Below, piece after piece: positions 19,758 through 30,767 of a DNA stretch of 60,517 bases. Origin of the DNA: Candidatus Peregrinibacteria bacterium. Lineage in GTDB: Bacteria; Patescibacteriota; Gracilibacteria; CAIRYL01; GCA-016699755. Position numbers and translations under genes: made by a program. The notes beneath the pieces were generated by a model. The model saw only the letters and a program-made list of their open reading frames with translations, made no database searches and was not told the DNA's origin. The stretch is from assembly GCA_024762935.1 (NCBI GenBank), contig JANTGK010000003.1:1-60517 (forward strand), read 5' to 3'. Within the stretch, counting starts at the first letter, position 1. The number at the start of each line of letters is the position of its first letter.

Positions 19758-20180
19758 CTATCGAGCACAAAGAGTCTGACACCCCTTTCGATTCCAAGCA
19801 CTCATTCCTCCCTTAAGGTCATGCACATTTGTGAAGCCCATCTTCTTCATCATCGAAAGAGCCGCTGAGGTTCTATTCCCACTCCGACAATAGATAAGAT
19901 AAGGAGAATTTTTATCAAGTGCTTGTAATCTCCTTTGAAAATCAGGGGCATAAAAATCCATTTCCAGAGCAGCATCAATAGCTTTTCCTCTTGCAATTTC
20001 CTGTGGTGTTCGAATATCAATGACGATTACTCCGTTCTCTTGAGATTTTTTCTGAAATTCATAGGGAGAGAGGGAGGCAAAGGCTTTAAATTGATTGTTA
20101 GCATCTTCTGGAGGTGTATTTGATACTTTTGCACATCCGGCAGTAATCATAATCGTCAGAAAGAGAAGAAACAATCTCAT
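19758..20180 (-). CDS. Rhodanese-like lipoprotein
   Basis: Lipobox TAGC; IDIRTPQE, YCRSGNRT, LKGGMSAW. Confidence 0.88.
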   Translation of the reverse strand: MRLFLLFLTIMITAGCAKVSNTPPEDANNQFKAFASLSPYEFQKKSQENGVIVIDIRTPQEIARGKAIDAALEMDFYAPDFQRRLQALDKNSPYLIYCRSGNRTSAALSMMKKMGFTNVHDLKGGMSAWNRKGCQTLCAR

Positions 20181-20237
20181 AAATCTAAAAAATAGCACCA
20201 GTACGCTACCATTATAACAATACAAGAAACAAACTCC

Positions 20238-20576
20238 TTATACCATCACGTGGTGAATCCATTGTGAAACAGTCTTCAGTAAATACGCCGTAATAGCATC
20301 TTTGTCGGTTTCAATACGCTCGGGTATTTCAATCACAATCTGCATACTTCTGAAATCACCTTCATGAAATATCTGCAGCCCCGGAATACCACTCTCTTGC
20401 GCAAGTCCCATAATATCCTTTCTTGTTAGTATGAGAGCTATATTCGTCACCTCTCTACTTTTCTCTAGTGTTATAGCCCTCATTGCATCTAGACTCTCAA
20501 CGCGTAAATGAGGAAGATCAGATATATCGAACTTATGTTCAAGGATGTTGAAAAAAAGTAACACACTTTGCATCAT
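20238..20576 (-). CDS. Hypothetical protein
   Basis: 112-aa ORF that fills the gap, co-oriented with its neighbours. Confidence 0.45.
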   Translation of the reverse strand: MMQSVLLFFNILEHKFDISDLPHLRVESLDAMRAITLEKSREVTNIALILTRKDIMGLAQESGIPGLQIFHEGDFRSMQIVIEIPERIETDKDAITAYLLKTVSQWIHHVMV

Positions 20577-20685
20577 GTTATTTTTTTATGCAAGTTTTTT
20601 TATGGACAAAGAGCATTCATTTCTAAACACGTATCAAGAGCCCAACTCAGAAGAGAAGCAGCATTTATATAGGATCAATAAAATA

Positions 20686-20713
20686 TTGACTTACACCATT
20701 TATTTATTATAAT
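20686..20713 (+). promoter_or_regulatory. Sigma70-type promoter of hflKC
   Basis: TTGACT, 16-nt spacer, TATAAT. Confidence 0.7.
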
Positions 20714-20774
20714 AAATTTGAATCACAAGATTCATTTCGTGAAACTCAATATCCAAAAATCATTGAGCTTCCGT

Positions 20775-20786
20775 TGCTCTTTGACA
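20775..20786 (+). promoter_or_regulatory. boxA-like antitermination site
   Basis: TGCTCTTTGACA versus rrn boxA TGCTCTTTAACA; preceded by a hairpin at 20741-20771. Confidence 0.55.
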
Positions 20787-20814
20787 TTTTGGAAAACGTA
20801 AATAGGAGAGAAAA

Positions 20815-21795
20815 ATGAGAGACAATGAAAATCAGATAGAACCCCGATGGTTTCTAAGACCATTCTTTGATAGTAATGGTCGGCCATTGTTACTGAACAT
20901 TACTATTGCATTACTTATTATCACAACTGGTTGGTCTGCATTCGCTATCGTTCAACAAGATGAGGAAGCACCGAGATACCGATTCGGAAAGTACATTGAA
21001 ACACTTGGTCCGGGATTTCATATAAAAATTCCTTTTCTTGAAAGTATTGTGTCAACCAAAATCACAAAAATTCGTCATAGTCAGTTTGGCTATCGGGTTG
21101 AAGATGATGGAAGCCACACTACAATCATGGCAGAAGCTGAAATGCTAACGCAGGATGAAAAGCTTGTTGATCTTGACGGCGTACTGCAATATAAAGTGGC
21201 AGATGCCTACAAGTGGCAAACGAAAGTGGAGAATCCTGACCTTGTCTTAAATCTGTTGATTCAATCAGCAATGAGACAAGTGATGGGCAAGACCCCGTTT
21301 GAACTCGTCATTACGACAGATCGAAATCGGATTCAGGCAGAAGCCTTAGCTCTGATGGAAGCCTTAACAAATAAACTCGACTTTGGAGTTCAGTTAATTT
21401 CGTTCAACCTACAAGGAGTACATCCTCCAAAGCCGGTTCAAGATGCATACGATGATGTTGTTCGTGCAGGAGAAGACCGTGAAAAATCGATTGAGAATGC
21501 AAACAAATATCAGAATGATATTTTGCCAAAGGCCGAAGGATATGCCGCAAAAATCCTGAACGATGCAAAAGGCAAGGCAGCTGAACGAGTTGCCCTTGCA
21601 GAAGGTGATGTGGCCAAGTTTTTGGCAATTGCGAAGGAGTACAAAAGAGCCCCGGAGGTTACCAGGCAACGTCTCATTTATGAGGCTCAGCAAGTAATCT
21701 TTCCTGGGAAAAAGATTGTTATCGATCACGACACCACAGGGCTCTTGAAGCTCTACAACCTAAATCAAACGAAGTTACCTGGAGGTGATAAATGA
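20815..21795 (+). CDS. hflK: FtsH protease modulator HflK (SPFH family)
   Basis: TM, RFGK..PG.H, MLTQDEKLV, PPKPVQDAYDDV, APEVTRQRL. Confidence 0.9.
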   Translation: MRDNENQIEPRWFLRPFFDSNGRPLLLNITIALLIITTGWSAFAIVQQDEEAPRYRFGKYIETLGPGFHIKIPFLESIVSTKITKIRHSQFGYRVEDDGSHTTIMAEAEMLTQDEKLVDLDGVLQYKVADAYKWQTKVENPDLVLNLLIQSAMRQVMGKTPFELVITTDRNRIQAEALALMEALTNKLDFGVQLISFNLQGVHPPKPVQDAYDDVVRAGEDREKSIENANKYQNDILPKAEGYAAKILNDAKGKAAERVALAEGDVAKFLAIAKEYKRAPEVTRQRLIYEAQQVIFPGKKIVIDHDTTGLLKLYNLNQTKLPGGDK

Positions 21796-22715
21796 GTACT
21801 AATGAAAATTTACCAAAGCGTAAGCGTATAACTTCCTATAGGGTAAACCTATTTGGGTTTATAACCTTGATACTACTAGCAATCACGTACTTTGGATTCA
21901 CTTTTCAAGTACATGAAAGTGAGCAAGCAGCGGTATACCGAATGGGGAAACCACTCCGTAATGTTACGGAGGCAGGTCTTCATTTCCGCTTGCCCTACCC
22001 GTTTAACGAAGTGAAGAAGGTTACGAAAAAAATCTATCTTCAAGGAGTCGGAAGTGGGTCGAAAGCCCGAGACATTCTCACGGCAGATAAAAAAACGTTA
22101 GTGTTTGATGATTTTCGTCTTGTTCAAGTGCCTGGAAACCCTATCAAATTCATCCAGACCGTAAAGTCTGTGAGGGGTTCAGCTGATAAAATTGATCGGA
22201 TTGTAGGGTCGCAGGTGAGGAACACCATTGGTGAGTATAAACTCAGTAAAGTCATCGACGCAGGTCGAGAGCAAATACTGAGAACTATCACCAGCAAGAG
22301 CAGAAAGCAGTTATCTCCATTCGGCATCGAACTGGTGATGGAGCGAATCAATCGGCTTGACTTCACTCCGTCAATCAAACAATCAGTCGTCGGTCGGATG
22401 CAGGCTGAACGCCAACAGGAGGCGGCTGGAATCCGTGCAGACGGAGAAAAGCAGGCGCGTCTGATTACATCCAATGCCGACCGAGAAAGAACAGTTCTCA
22501 TCTCAACAGCAAAGAAGCAGGCGCTTCAGATTCTCGGAAAAGCCGATGGAGAAGCTGCTCGCATCTATGCGGCAGCTTATGAAAATAATGCCGAGTTTTA
22601 TGCCTTCTACGAAGGACTCAACACAGCAATGCTTACCCTCGGACCAGATTCTGGTACCGATGTAAAATTGCTGATGTCCGGCAATGAAGGTCTGCTCAAA
22701 GGACTTCTGCAGTAA
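21792..22715 (+). CDS. hflC: FtsH protease modulator HflC (SPFH family)
   Basis: TM, LTADKK, RMQAERQQEA, GKADGEAARIYAAAY, EFYAFY. Confidence 0.9.
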   Translation: MSTNENLPKRKRITSYRVNLFGFITLILLAITYFGFTFQVHESEQAAVYRMGKPLRNVTEAGLHFRLPYPFNEVKKVTKKIYLQGVGSGSKARDILTADKKTLVFDDFRLVQVPGNPIKFIQTVKSVRGSADKIDRIVGSQVRNTIGEYKLSKVIDAGREQILRTITSKSRKQLSPFGIELVMERINRLDFTPSIKQSVVGRMQAERQQEAAGIRADGEKQARLITSNADRERTVLISTAKKQALQILGKADGEAARIYAAAYENNAEFYAFYEGLNTAMLTLGPDSGTDVKLLMSGNEGLLKGLLQ

Positions 22716-22743
22716 TATTTTTTGTTTTCCAAATGTCGACTGT

Positions 22744-22772
22744 GACCCCGCTTTTGGCGGGGTCTTTTTTTT
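22744..22772 (+). terminator. Intrinsic terminator of hflKC
   Basis: GACCCCGC-ttttg-GCGGGGTC followed by T8. Confidence 0.9.
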
Positions 22773-22787
22773 GCACCCATTTCCAAA

Positions 22788-22810
22788 TGGTCTAGGTGAC
22801 ACCTAGACCA
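22788..22810. repeat. Perfect 11-bp inverted repeat with 1-nt spacer
   Basis: TGGTCTAGGTG-A-CACCTAGACCA. Confidence 0.8.
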
Positions 22811-22861
22811 AGAAAATATATATGGGGGGAATAAAAACAACTCTTAAAGTTTCAATCTCTC

Positions 22862-25017
22862 TTACCAAATCGTTACGCGATCATCTTTATTCATCCACAT
22901 CCCATCCCCTTCTTCAGTCCCAAATGCATCATGGAACATATCGAGATTCTTTGGTACCTGTGTTCCACGGATATCAGCTGGGGAATGTACATCTTTTTTT
23001 AGCGCTGTTACTACCGCTTCTTCCCGTAATTTTGCACGCCATGCAACAGTCCATGCCACAAAAAATCGCTCTTGTTGGGTCATTTCGTTTATTTTTTCAT
23101 CCACAGGGTTGTCTTTTAAATACATTTCTAACGCATCGAAAGCAATGGCAAGTCCACCAATATCTGCAATATTCTCACTGAGTGTTAATTTGCCATCTAT
23201 AAATGTTTCTGGAAGATATTCAATATGACTAAATTGTTCTACCAGCTTTTGACTCTGCTCTTTAAATCGAGTTCTATCTTCATCGGTCCACCATTCCTGA
23301 AAACTTCCGTTCTCATCATATTTTGATCCAAGTTCATCAAATCCATGGGTAATTTCGTGTCCGATAATCGCCCCCATTGCCCCAAAATTTCGTGCCGGAT
23401 CAGCATTAATATCAAATAATGGCGGCTGTAAAACTGCAGCAGGAAAAAGTATCAGATTTTTTTCTGGAAAATATGCTGCATTCACTAAGTGCGCCGGATA
23501 CTCCCATTCTTCGTAATTTACTGGTTTTTTCAACATTCCAAATTCTCTTATCTTGTTTGCCTTTGCAATGGCAATAACGCTATCAATGTAACTTCCGCCT
23601 TCCTTGGCAGAAATTATTTTTAGCCCCGGATACTCCTTCCATTCTTCAGGATATCCAACAAGCCGCCGTACATTTGAGAGCTTCTGAACTGCTTTTTCTT
23701 TCGTTTCATCCGAGAGCCAAGTATTTTGTAATATTCGGTTTTTATAAGCGAGCAAAATATAATCGATCATTGTATCTGCCAACTCTTTTACCTCGGGAGG
23801 GAATTTCTCTGCAATATAAATTTGAGAAAATGGATCACCAAAACTCAACAGATGATGCGTTAGAATTCGCTCTCCGTTAGAAGGCATCTCCTTCATTCCT
23901 CCAAAAATTTTTCCAAATAAATTGTAGTACTTCTCTTCTATTGAAGAATCGATATATTTTGCAGAAGCATGGACAAGGCGTATTTGAAGATACTCTTTCC
24001 AAGTTTCAAGAGGTACTTCAGAAAGCATCGTTTCAATATTCTTATTATACTCCGGATTTGATACAACAATAACATCACTTTTCACACCCACATCATTAAA
24101 AAATGACGTCCAATCAATCGATGGTGTTAATTCCTGTATCTGATTAATAGTCATCTGATTATATGTTTTTTCTGGATCATATTGCTCTGCCCTTGAAAAT
24201 CCTTTTTTTACCATTTTCTGCTCAAGTGCAAACACATTTTTTGCTTTTTTTAATGAGTCTTCAGTATCATTCCCAATATAAGAAAATAAAGCAGAGACAT
24301 AATCTCTATACCCACTGACAAAAGGTGAGTCTTCTTCCATTTCATAAAAATCTTTTACCTTCAAGATGGGAGTAGACTCAGAAAGCTGCAATGAATATTT
24401 CGTATTTTCCTTTGCATCTACAGCAACGTGTACATTCCAAATGGCTTCAGTGAAAAAGTTTGTTTCTGCTATAAATTTCTGCAAATCTTCAAGAGTTGAA
24501 ATACTGTCAATTTGTTTGAGCCGATCTTCTAAAGGCTGTTTTGAAAGATTATCTCTTCGCTGAGTATCATTTCCAAGGGCATACAGCTCCACAGCATTCC
24601 ACGCATCAGAGTCTTTCTCATAGGGATTTCCTTCACGAATCATTTTTTCAATAGTAGTACTCAAGCCATTCAGATTGTCCGCATGCATAGCATAGAGAGT
24701 TCCCCATTGCTTTTTATCATCTGGAATTTTTGTTCTTTCTAGCCATCCACCATTCGCAAATTCATACAAGTTGTCCTTTGGAGAAATGGTTCGATTAAAA
24801 TCCTCTGCTGGAAAATCAACAAATTTCTGCACATGACTGGGCACTTCGTCTTTGCTATTTTGGACGACATCCATATCAGAACTCTTCCTTATGTTTTCCT
24901 TTGATTCCTGTAAAACAGATACCTGCTCTGGTGGTATTTTAGACGACTCCTCTATATGCTGACACCCCATAATCACAAAGGAAAGAGGAGAATTAAGAAC
25001 TGAAGATTTTTTTGCAT
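22862..25017 (-). CDS. pepO: M13-family metallo-endopeptidase (PepO/neprilysin-like), with an apparent 1-nt frameshift in the signal peptide
   Basis: VNAAY, GHEITHGFD, ENIADIGG and HSP motifs; the ORF 24976-22862 starts VIMGC while the hydrophobic leader from ATG 25017 is in another frame. Confidence 0.88.
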
Positions 25018-25207
25018 ATTTATTTTTTTATACCGAATTATTATAGAATAAATATTAGTAATTGTAAATGTTTCGATTCTCAAATCATATAATTTTATAG
25101 TTTTTTGTACTCTGAGGCAAGAGTAGATGTGAAAATAACCCACCTGCTCCACATATTTGTTTTCTGAGAGATAATCGGCACCTTATTAATACTTTCCAAA
25201 ATATCAA

Positions 25208-25239
25208 GGATGGGGTGTGGCTGTAGCCACACCCCATCC
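25208..25239. repeat. Perfect 15-bp GC-rich inverted repeat (REP-like or terminator)
   Basis: GGATGGGGTGTGGCT-gt-AGCCACACCCCATCC. Confidence 0.8.
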
Positions 25240-25252
25240 AGCAAAGAATCTA

Positions 25253-25293
25253 GCATTTCTCATTCACAATTCTTCATTATTAATTCTTAATTC
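25253..25293. repeat. Degenerate heptamer array downstream of clpB
   Basis: Minus strand reads GAATTAA GAATTAA TAATGAA GAATTGT GAATGAG AAATGC. Confidence 0.65.
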
Positions 25294-25320
25294 CCCCTTC
25301 ATCCTTTTTTAATTCTCCCT

Positions 25321-27918
25321 TCACCCCTTCTCAATCACCAACTTATCTCCCTTCATTGAAACCTTAGCGGTAGAACCTTCCTCAATCTCCCCTTCTATCA
25401 TCTTTAATGAAAGCGGATTTAAGAGTTCATTCTGCAATACTCTTTTTAGTGGTCTCGCACCAAAGGCAGGATCATATCCACGTTCAGCAAGAAAGTCTTT
25501 TGCCTTATCATCAATTTTGAGAGTAATTTTTTGTTCTGCAAGTCGGGTAAATATTTTTTTCAACTGGATATCAAGAATCTGTCGAATCTCACTTTTCTTG
25601 AGTGGATCAAATATGACCGTTTCATCAATTCTGTTTAAAAACTCGGGTTTAAAATTCTGTTGTAGAATTTTATGTATAGATGCATTTCTCTCCTCCAAAG
25701 CTTTTGCATCTGGTTTTTTATCAGAATATTTTTCAGAAAAACTCTGCAAAATATCACTTCCAAGATTACTCGTAAGAATAATCACCGTATTTTTAAAGTT
25801 CACTGTTCGCCCCTTACTATCGGTGAGTCGACCATCATCAAGAAGCTGCAAGAGAATATTAAATACCTCTGGATGTGCTTTCTCAATCTCATCAAAAAGA
25901 ATTACTGAATAGGGCTTCCTTCGAACAGCTTCAGTGAGCTGTCCTCCCTCATCATGTCCGATATATCCTGGAGGTGATCCGATAAGTTTTGCGACAGAAT
26001 GTTGCTCCATAAATTCACTCATATCTATTCGGATAAGTGCTTGTTCGTCGCTAAACAAAAAAGTACTTAATGCCTTTGAGAGTTCCGTTTTTCCAACTCC
26101 AGTCGGACCAAGGAATAAGAAACTCGCCAGTGGCCTGTCTGGCTCATTGAGCCCTGCACGCGCCCTTCGAACAGCATTACTTACTGCAGAAACAGCTGTG
26201 TCTTGTCCAATAACTTGTTCATGAAGATGCTTTTCCAAGAGTGCTAGCTTCTCTGATTCCTCCAGAAGCATCTTCTGTACCGGAATTCCTGTCCAACGAG
26301 AAACGACTTCTGCAACCTCTTTCTCCGTTACTTCTTCAGCGACCATCCGTTCTTTTCCATCTTTTTTTGAAGATTTCTTCTCCAATTCAATAAGCTCCTC
26401 TTTTAACTTTGGCATCTCTCCGTAACGGATTTCAGCCATGCGTTGTAAATTTCCTGCACGCTCCTGAACCTGAAGCTCATTCTTGAGCGCATCAAGTTTT
26501 TCTTTTACCTCTTTGATTTTTACAATCCCCCCTCTCTCAGCTTCCCATTTTGCACGAAGTGAGTTTGCTTTCTCTTCCAAATTGGCCAATTCCTTCTCGA
26601 GAGTCGCAAGACGATCTTTCGACTCCTGTGATTTCTCTTTCTTCAGAGCCTCTCTTTCTACTTGCAATCGGCGAACTTGACGAGAAAGTTGATCAAGCTC
26701 TGCAGGTTCACTTTCTATTTCCATCTTAAGTCCTGCTGTCGCCTCATCCATAAGGTCGATAGATTTATCAGGATTCTTCCGGTCAGGCAAATATCGAGTA
26801 GAGAGTTCTGCAGCAGCTACCAGAGCATCATCAGTAATACGAACCCCATGATGTACTTCATATTTCTCCTTAATTCCTCTCAGAATAGCGATAGTATCTT
26901 CTAAATCTGGTTCATCGACCATAACAGGTTGAAAACGACGCTCAAGAGCGGCATCTTTTTCTATGTATTTCCGATATTCACTCAGTGTCGTTGCGCCAAT
27001 AACTCGAATATGACCACGAGCAAGCGCTGGTTTTAAGAGATTACCAGCATCCATTGACCCCTCTGATGCACCAGCACCAACGATTGTATGAAGCTCATCT
27101 ATAAAAAGAATAATCTGACCCGAAGACTCTTCGATCTCTTTTAAAACCGATTTGAGACGCTCTTCAAATTCCCCTCGAAATTTTGTACCCGCTACCAGTG
27201 CCCCCATATCAAGAGCAAGGAGGGTTTTATTCTTTAATGTTTCTGGAACATCTCCGGCAACAATCCTCTGAGCAAGCCCCTCAGCAATTGCTGTTTTTCC
27301 TACTCCGGGATCCCCCACAAGAACAGGATTATTTTTTGTCCGACGGGAAAGAATCTGAATGGATCTCCGTATTTCACTATCACGTCCGATAATAGGATCC
27401 CCTTTTCCCTTCCGTGCCTCTTCGGTCATGTCCTGTGTAAACTTTTTCAATGCATCTCGCTTCCCTTCTGGATTCTGATCAGTAATTTTTTCATTTCCAC
27501 GAAGTGCTTTTAGTTTTTCTTGAACATCTTTTTTGTTCAATTGAGAAAGAATTTCTGATGCAGAATTCTTTGCTTCGAGTAATCCTATAAAAAGGTGCTC
27601 AACAGAAAGGTACTCATCTCCAAGTTTTTTTTGAAATTTTTCAGCTGCATCAAAAACCCCCTGCATTTCTCCCGAAATATTTCTCTGCCCCCCCGATACA
27701 CGCGGAAGCTGAACAAGCTTTGCTTTTGCTTTTTGCAAAAGATCATTTGGATTCTCATTCAGACTTTCAAGCAGTGGCGAGACAATAGTGTCTTGCTGAG
27801 CAAGAAAAGCAACAAGAAAATGAAGCCCGGTTATTTGTCCATGTTCCATCTGCTGTGCCAGTGATTGAGCTGCTTGAAAAGCTTCTGAAGTTTTTTCTGT
27901 AAATGTATTTGGATTCAT
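25321..27918 (-). CDS. clpB: Chaperone ClpB
   Basis: Two AAA+ modules ([16 protein letters not shown]), long middle coiled coil, [14 protein letters not shown]; start ATG 27918. Confidence 0.97.
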   Translation of the reverse strand: MNPNTFTEKTSEAFQAAQSLAQQMEHGQITGLHFLVAFLAQQDTIVSPLLESLNENPNDLLQKAKAKLVQLPRVSGGQRNISGEMQGVFDAAEKFQKKLGDEYLSVEHLFIGLLEAKNSASEILSQLNKKDVQEKLKALRGNEKITDQNPEGKRDALKKFTQDMTEEARKGKGDPIIGRDSEIRRSIQILSRRTKNNPVLVGDPGVGKTAIAEGLAQRIVAGDVPETLKNKTLLALDMGALVAGTKFRGEFEERLKSVLKEIEESSGQIILFIDELHTIVGAGASEGSMDAGNLLKPALARGHIRVIGATTLSEYRKYIEKDAALERRFQPVMVDEPDLEDTIAILRGIKEKYEVHHGVRITDDALVAAAELSTRYLPDRKNPDKSIDLMDEATAGLKMEIESEPAELDQLSRQVRRLQVEREALKKEKSQESKDRLATLEKELANLEEKANSLRAKWEAERGGIVKIKEVKEKLDALKNELQVQERAGNLQRMAEIRYGEMPKLKEELIELEKKSSKKDGKERMVAEEVTEKEVAEVVSRWTGIPVQKMLLEESEKLALLEKHLHEQVIGQDTAVSAVSNAVRRARAGLNEPDRPLASFLFLGPTGVGKTELSKALSTFLFSDEQALIRIDMSEFMEQHSVAKLIGSPPGYIGHDEGGQLTEAVRRKPYSVILFDEIEKAHPEVFNILLQLLDDGRLTDSKGRTVNFKNTVIILTSNLGSDILQSFSEKYSDKKPDAKALEERNASIHKILQQNFKPEFLNRIDETVIFDPLKKSEIRQILDIQLKKIFTRLAEQKITLKIDDKAKDFLAERGYDPAFGARPLKRVLQNELLNPLSLKMIEGEIEEGSTAKVSMKGDKLVIEKG

Positions 27919-27938
27919 AGTATTAAAAAAATAAATTT

Positions 27939-27979
27939 TTAGCACTCATTAGTATAGAGTGCCAATTTTAAAAATTCAA
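27939..27979 (-). promoter_or_regulatory. CIRCE (HrcA operator) overlapping the clpB promoter
   Basis: TTAGCACTC-N9-GAGTGCCAA at 27939-27965; minus strand TTGAAT-17-TATACT with the -10 inside the spacer. Confidence 0.92.
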
Positions 27980-28137
27980 GAAAAAAATGGAAGAAAATTT
28001 TCCTCCCCTCTGATTTCCTTTTTTAAACCCATCACCCATTATGATAATAAAAAGATTCCACATCTTGTCTTAACATTCATTATTCTTTCTTCTTCAATTT
28101 TTATTCGTTACTCTTCTTTTAGTATTCATTACAACTA

Positions 28138-29055
28138 ATGTACGACTTCTATTTTTCGATATTTGCACTGTACGGCTTTATTCTTGGAGGATTTATTCTC
28201 AAAAAAATCTTCAAAGAAAAGATTGATACGAAATCAATGACTCTTACAACTATCTTCTTCTTTCAACCAATACTTGCATTTTGGGGATTTACGAAGGCCC
28301 CAATTCAGTTAAGCCTCATTGGGAGCGGTGGTCTTTATTTTTTAACCCTTGTTTTGGCAATGATGCTTCTTTTTCTTGCCTCAAAACTCATCACCTCAAA
28401 GCCAAAAGAAATAGCTCTCCTCTCTTTTACGGCAACAAGTGGAAATACTGGAAACCTTGGAATACCTCTCTCTGGTTCGCTTTTTGGTCCAATCGGTATT
28501 CTGGCAGCAACTATGTTTAATTTTATGAATATCATTTGGAATGTTACTCTCGGAGTATTTTTTTACGCTCGTGGAGATTTTTCTGTAAAAGACTCTCTCT
28601 TAAAAATTTTCACCATGCCTCTTCTCTGGGCGAGCATTGCTGCTATAATATTCAATATTCTCAAGATTCAGATTCCTGAGAGAACTGGTGAATTTCTGGA
28701 ACTTGGTGCCCATGCATCTATTGTTGTCCAACTCTATCTTCTTGGTTTGTTCTTAGCGGATATTAAACTCAAAAAAATGTCACTCCTCTATAATATATGG
28801 GTCAATACTGGAAAATTTCTTATTCTCCCGGGGCTTGGATTCCTCATCCTCTTTCTGGTCTCCCCATATATAGAAATTCCAAAAATCGTACAGAGTGTTT
28901 TCCTTCTTGAACTCATGGTTCCCCTTGCAGTAAACAATGCAAACCTCGCCAATCTTTACAATTGCAAACCAAGACAAGTCTCTGAGACCATTTTTACTTC
29001 TTCTCTTGTTTTTCTCCTTCTTGTTCCTCTCCTGTTTTGGCTCTTCCTCAAGTAA
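28138..29055 (+). CDS. AEC-family (auxin efflux carrier-like) transporter
   Basis: About 10 TM helices; GNTGNLGIP and PLAVN motifs. Confidence 0.85.
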   Translation: MYDFYFSIFALYGFILGGFILKKIFKEKIDTKSMTLTTIFFFQPILAFWGFTKAPIQLSLIGSGGLYFLTLVLAMMLLFLASKLITSKPKEIALLSFTATSGNTGNLGIPLSGSLFGPIGILAATMFNFMNIIWNVTLGVFFYARGDFSVKDSLLKIFTMPLLWASIAAIIFNILKIQIPERTGEFLELGAHASIVVQLYLLGLFLADIKLKKMSLLYNIWVNTGKFLILPGLGFLILFLVSPYIEIPKIVQSVFLLELMVPLAVNNANLANLYNCKPRQVSETIFTSSLVFLLLVPLLFWLFLK

Positions 29056-29311
29056 CAGCCAAAAGAAAGAGTGGGATTCCAATAGCAAGAAAGAGTATTC
29101 GACATCTTTTTCCGAGATCTATTCCAAATGCCCGATACAAAAAATCACTTCCAGGTGGGAGATAAATAATTGCAAGAATAAAAAGAACAAAAGCTGCAAG
29201 CGGATTTAAGAACATATAAAAACACGCCCCAAAGAAGAATAGAAATCCAAAAACCCATAAAAATGGGTGGTGTGGTTTTTTTGTCCGATTACCTGTATTT
29301 TGTTTTTTCAT
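29048..29311 (-). CDS. Small hypothetical membrane protein
   Basis: 87 aa, 2-3 TM helices. Confidence 0.55.
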   Translation of the reverse strand: MKKQNTGNRTKKPHHPFLWVFGFLFFFGACFYMFLNPLAAFVLFILAIIYLPPGSDFLYRAFGIDLGKRCRILFLAIGIPLFLLAVT

Positions 29312-29357
29312 ATCTTCTCATTGTAGCGAAAACTAATAGAAGAGGAAAGGCTCAATA

Positions 29358-29386
29358 TTGACAAAATCATGTTTCCACAATAAAAT
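29358..29386 (+). promoter_or_regulatory. Sigma70-type promoter
   Basis: TTGACA, 17-nt spacer, TAAAAT. Confidence 0.7.
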
Positions 29387-29409
29387 CCCTCATCATAATC
29401 GAGACTAAT

Positions 29410-29739
29410 ATGAGGCTTGAAGAAATATTTTTCCCTGGTGAAAATCCCTATCGGCTCAGCAAAGAACAGATTCATACTCTCGCAAGAAAAACTCTTTTGT
29501 TACTTCAATGTCAATCGAGAGAGAGTATACACGGTGTTTTTACGTATAATCGAAAAATTGATGGAACGGAACACCAGAATTATTGTCCTTTCAGTAATGA
29601 TACATTTAAACATGTTCCATACTTCATTCTCGATCACAGATCATTTAAAGGAAATCTTCCGGAGGAAGTCTCTCGCAGACAATATTTTGCTGAGTACCTC
29701 CAAAAACTTGTTGAACAAGAAATACTACGTGATAAATAA
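29410..29739 (+). CDS. Hypothetical protein
   Basis: 109-aa ORF behind a near-consensus promoter. Confidence 0.55.
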   Translation: MRLEEIFFPGENPYRLSKEQIHTLARKTLLLLQCQSRESIHGVFTYNRKIDGTEHQNYCPFSNDTFKHVPYFILDHRSFKGNLPEEVSRRQYFAEYLQKLVEQEILRDK

Positions 29740-29828
29740 TTATTATTTGGCTTTCAATAGCCTATTTATATATTTATTGTATACCGTCTGGTGAATTTTC
29801 CTTTAATTCTTCCAATAATTTACGTAGC

Positions 29829-30734
29829 ATGCATTCACTATTTTCTAAATCTGTGAAAAAAGGAACCATGCAACTAAAAATCGGACTCGCTGAAATGCTA
29901 AAAGGTGGAGTTATAATGGATGTCACCAATGCTGAACAGGCAAAAATTGCGGAAAAGGCTGGTGCTGCAGCTGTTATGGCACTTGAAAGGATTCCATCAG
30001 ACATCAGAAAAGACGGTGGAGTCTCTCGCATGTCTGACCCCAAAATGATTGCCGAAATTCAAGAGACAGTCAGTATTCCCGTCATGGCAAAATGTCGAAT
30101 TGGCCATATTGCAGAAGCAAAAGTACTAGAGGCAATGGGAATTGATTTTGTCGATGAAAGTGAAGTTCTTACTCCTGCAGATGATAAAAATCATGTCAAT
30201 AAGGAGGGTTTTGCCGTCCCGTTTGTCTGTGGTTGCCGAAACCTAGGAGAAGCCCTCAGAAGAATCGGTGAAGGAGCGGCCATGATTCGAACAAAAGGAG
30301 AGGCTGGAAGTGGAAATATTGTAGAAGCTGTCCGACATATGCGTCAGGTACAAAGAGATATGAAAAAGCTCACAACTCTCGATGTACACGAACTCATGGC
30401 AGAAGCAAAAAATATGGGGGCTCCATATGACCTTGTCGTCAAAGTATCAAAAACAGGAAAACTCCCTGTTCCCAATTTTGCTGCCGGGGGTATTGCTACT
30501 CCAGCAGATGCTGCTCTTATGATGGAACTCGGAGCCGAAGCAGTTTTTGTAGGATCAGGAATTTTTGCATCAGATAACCCAGATATACGTGCTCGTGCAA
30601 TTGTAGAGGCGGTAACACACTGGAACGATCCAAAAAAACTTCTCGAAATTTCAACTGGACTCGGAGAAGCAATGGTTGGACTCGAAATGAGTGATCTTTC
30701 TGAGGAAGATAAACTCCAAAATCGTGGTTGGTAG
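29829..30734 (+). CDS. pdxS: PLP synthase lyase subunit
   Basis: [35 protein letters not shown]-terminal RGW. Confidence 0.97.
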   Translation: MHSLFSKSVKKGTMQLKIGLAEMLKGGVIMDVTNAEQAKIAEKAGAAAVMALERIPSDIRKDGGVSRMSDPKMIAEIQETVSIPVMAKCRIGHIAEAKVLEAMGIDFVDESEVLTPADDKNHVNKEGFAVPFVCGCRNLGEALRRIGEGAAMIRTKGEAGSGNIVEAVRHMRQVQRDMKKLTTLDVHELMAEAKNMGAPYDLVVKVSKTGKLPVPNFAAGGIATPADAALMMELGAEAVFVGSGIFASDNPDIRARAIVEAVTHWNDPKKLLEISTGLGEAMVGLEMSDLSEEDKLQNRGW

Positions 30735-30767
30735 GAATCAATTGCAAATCTGTAAATTACGAACTAC

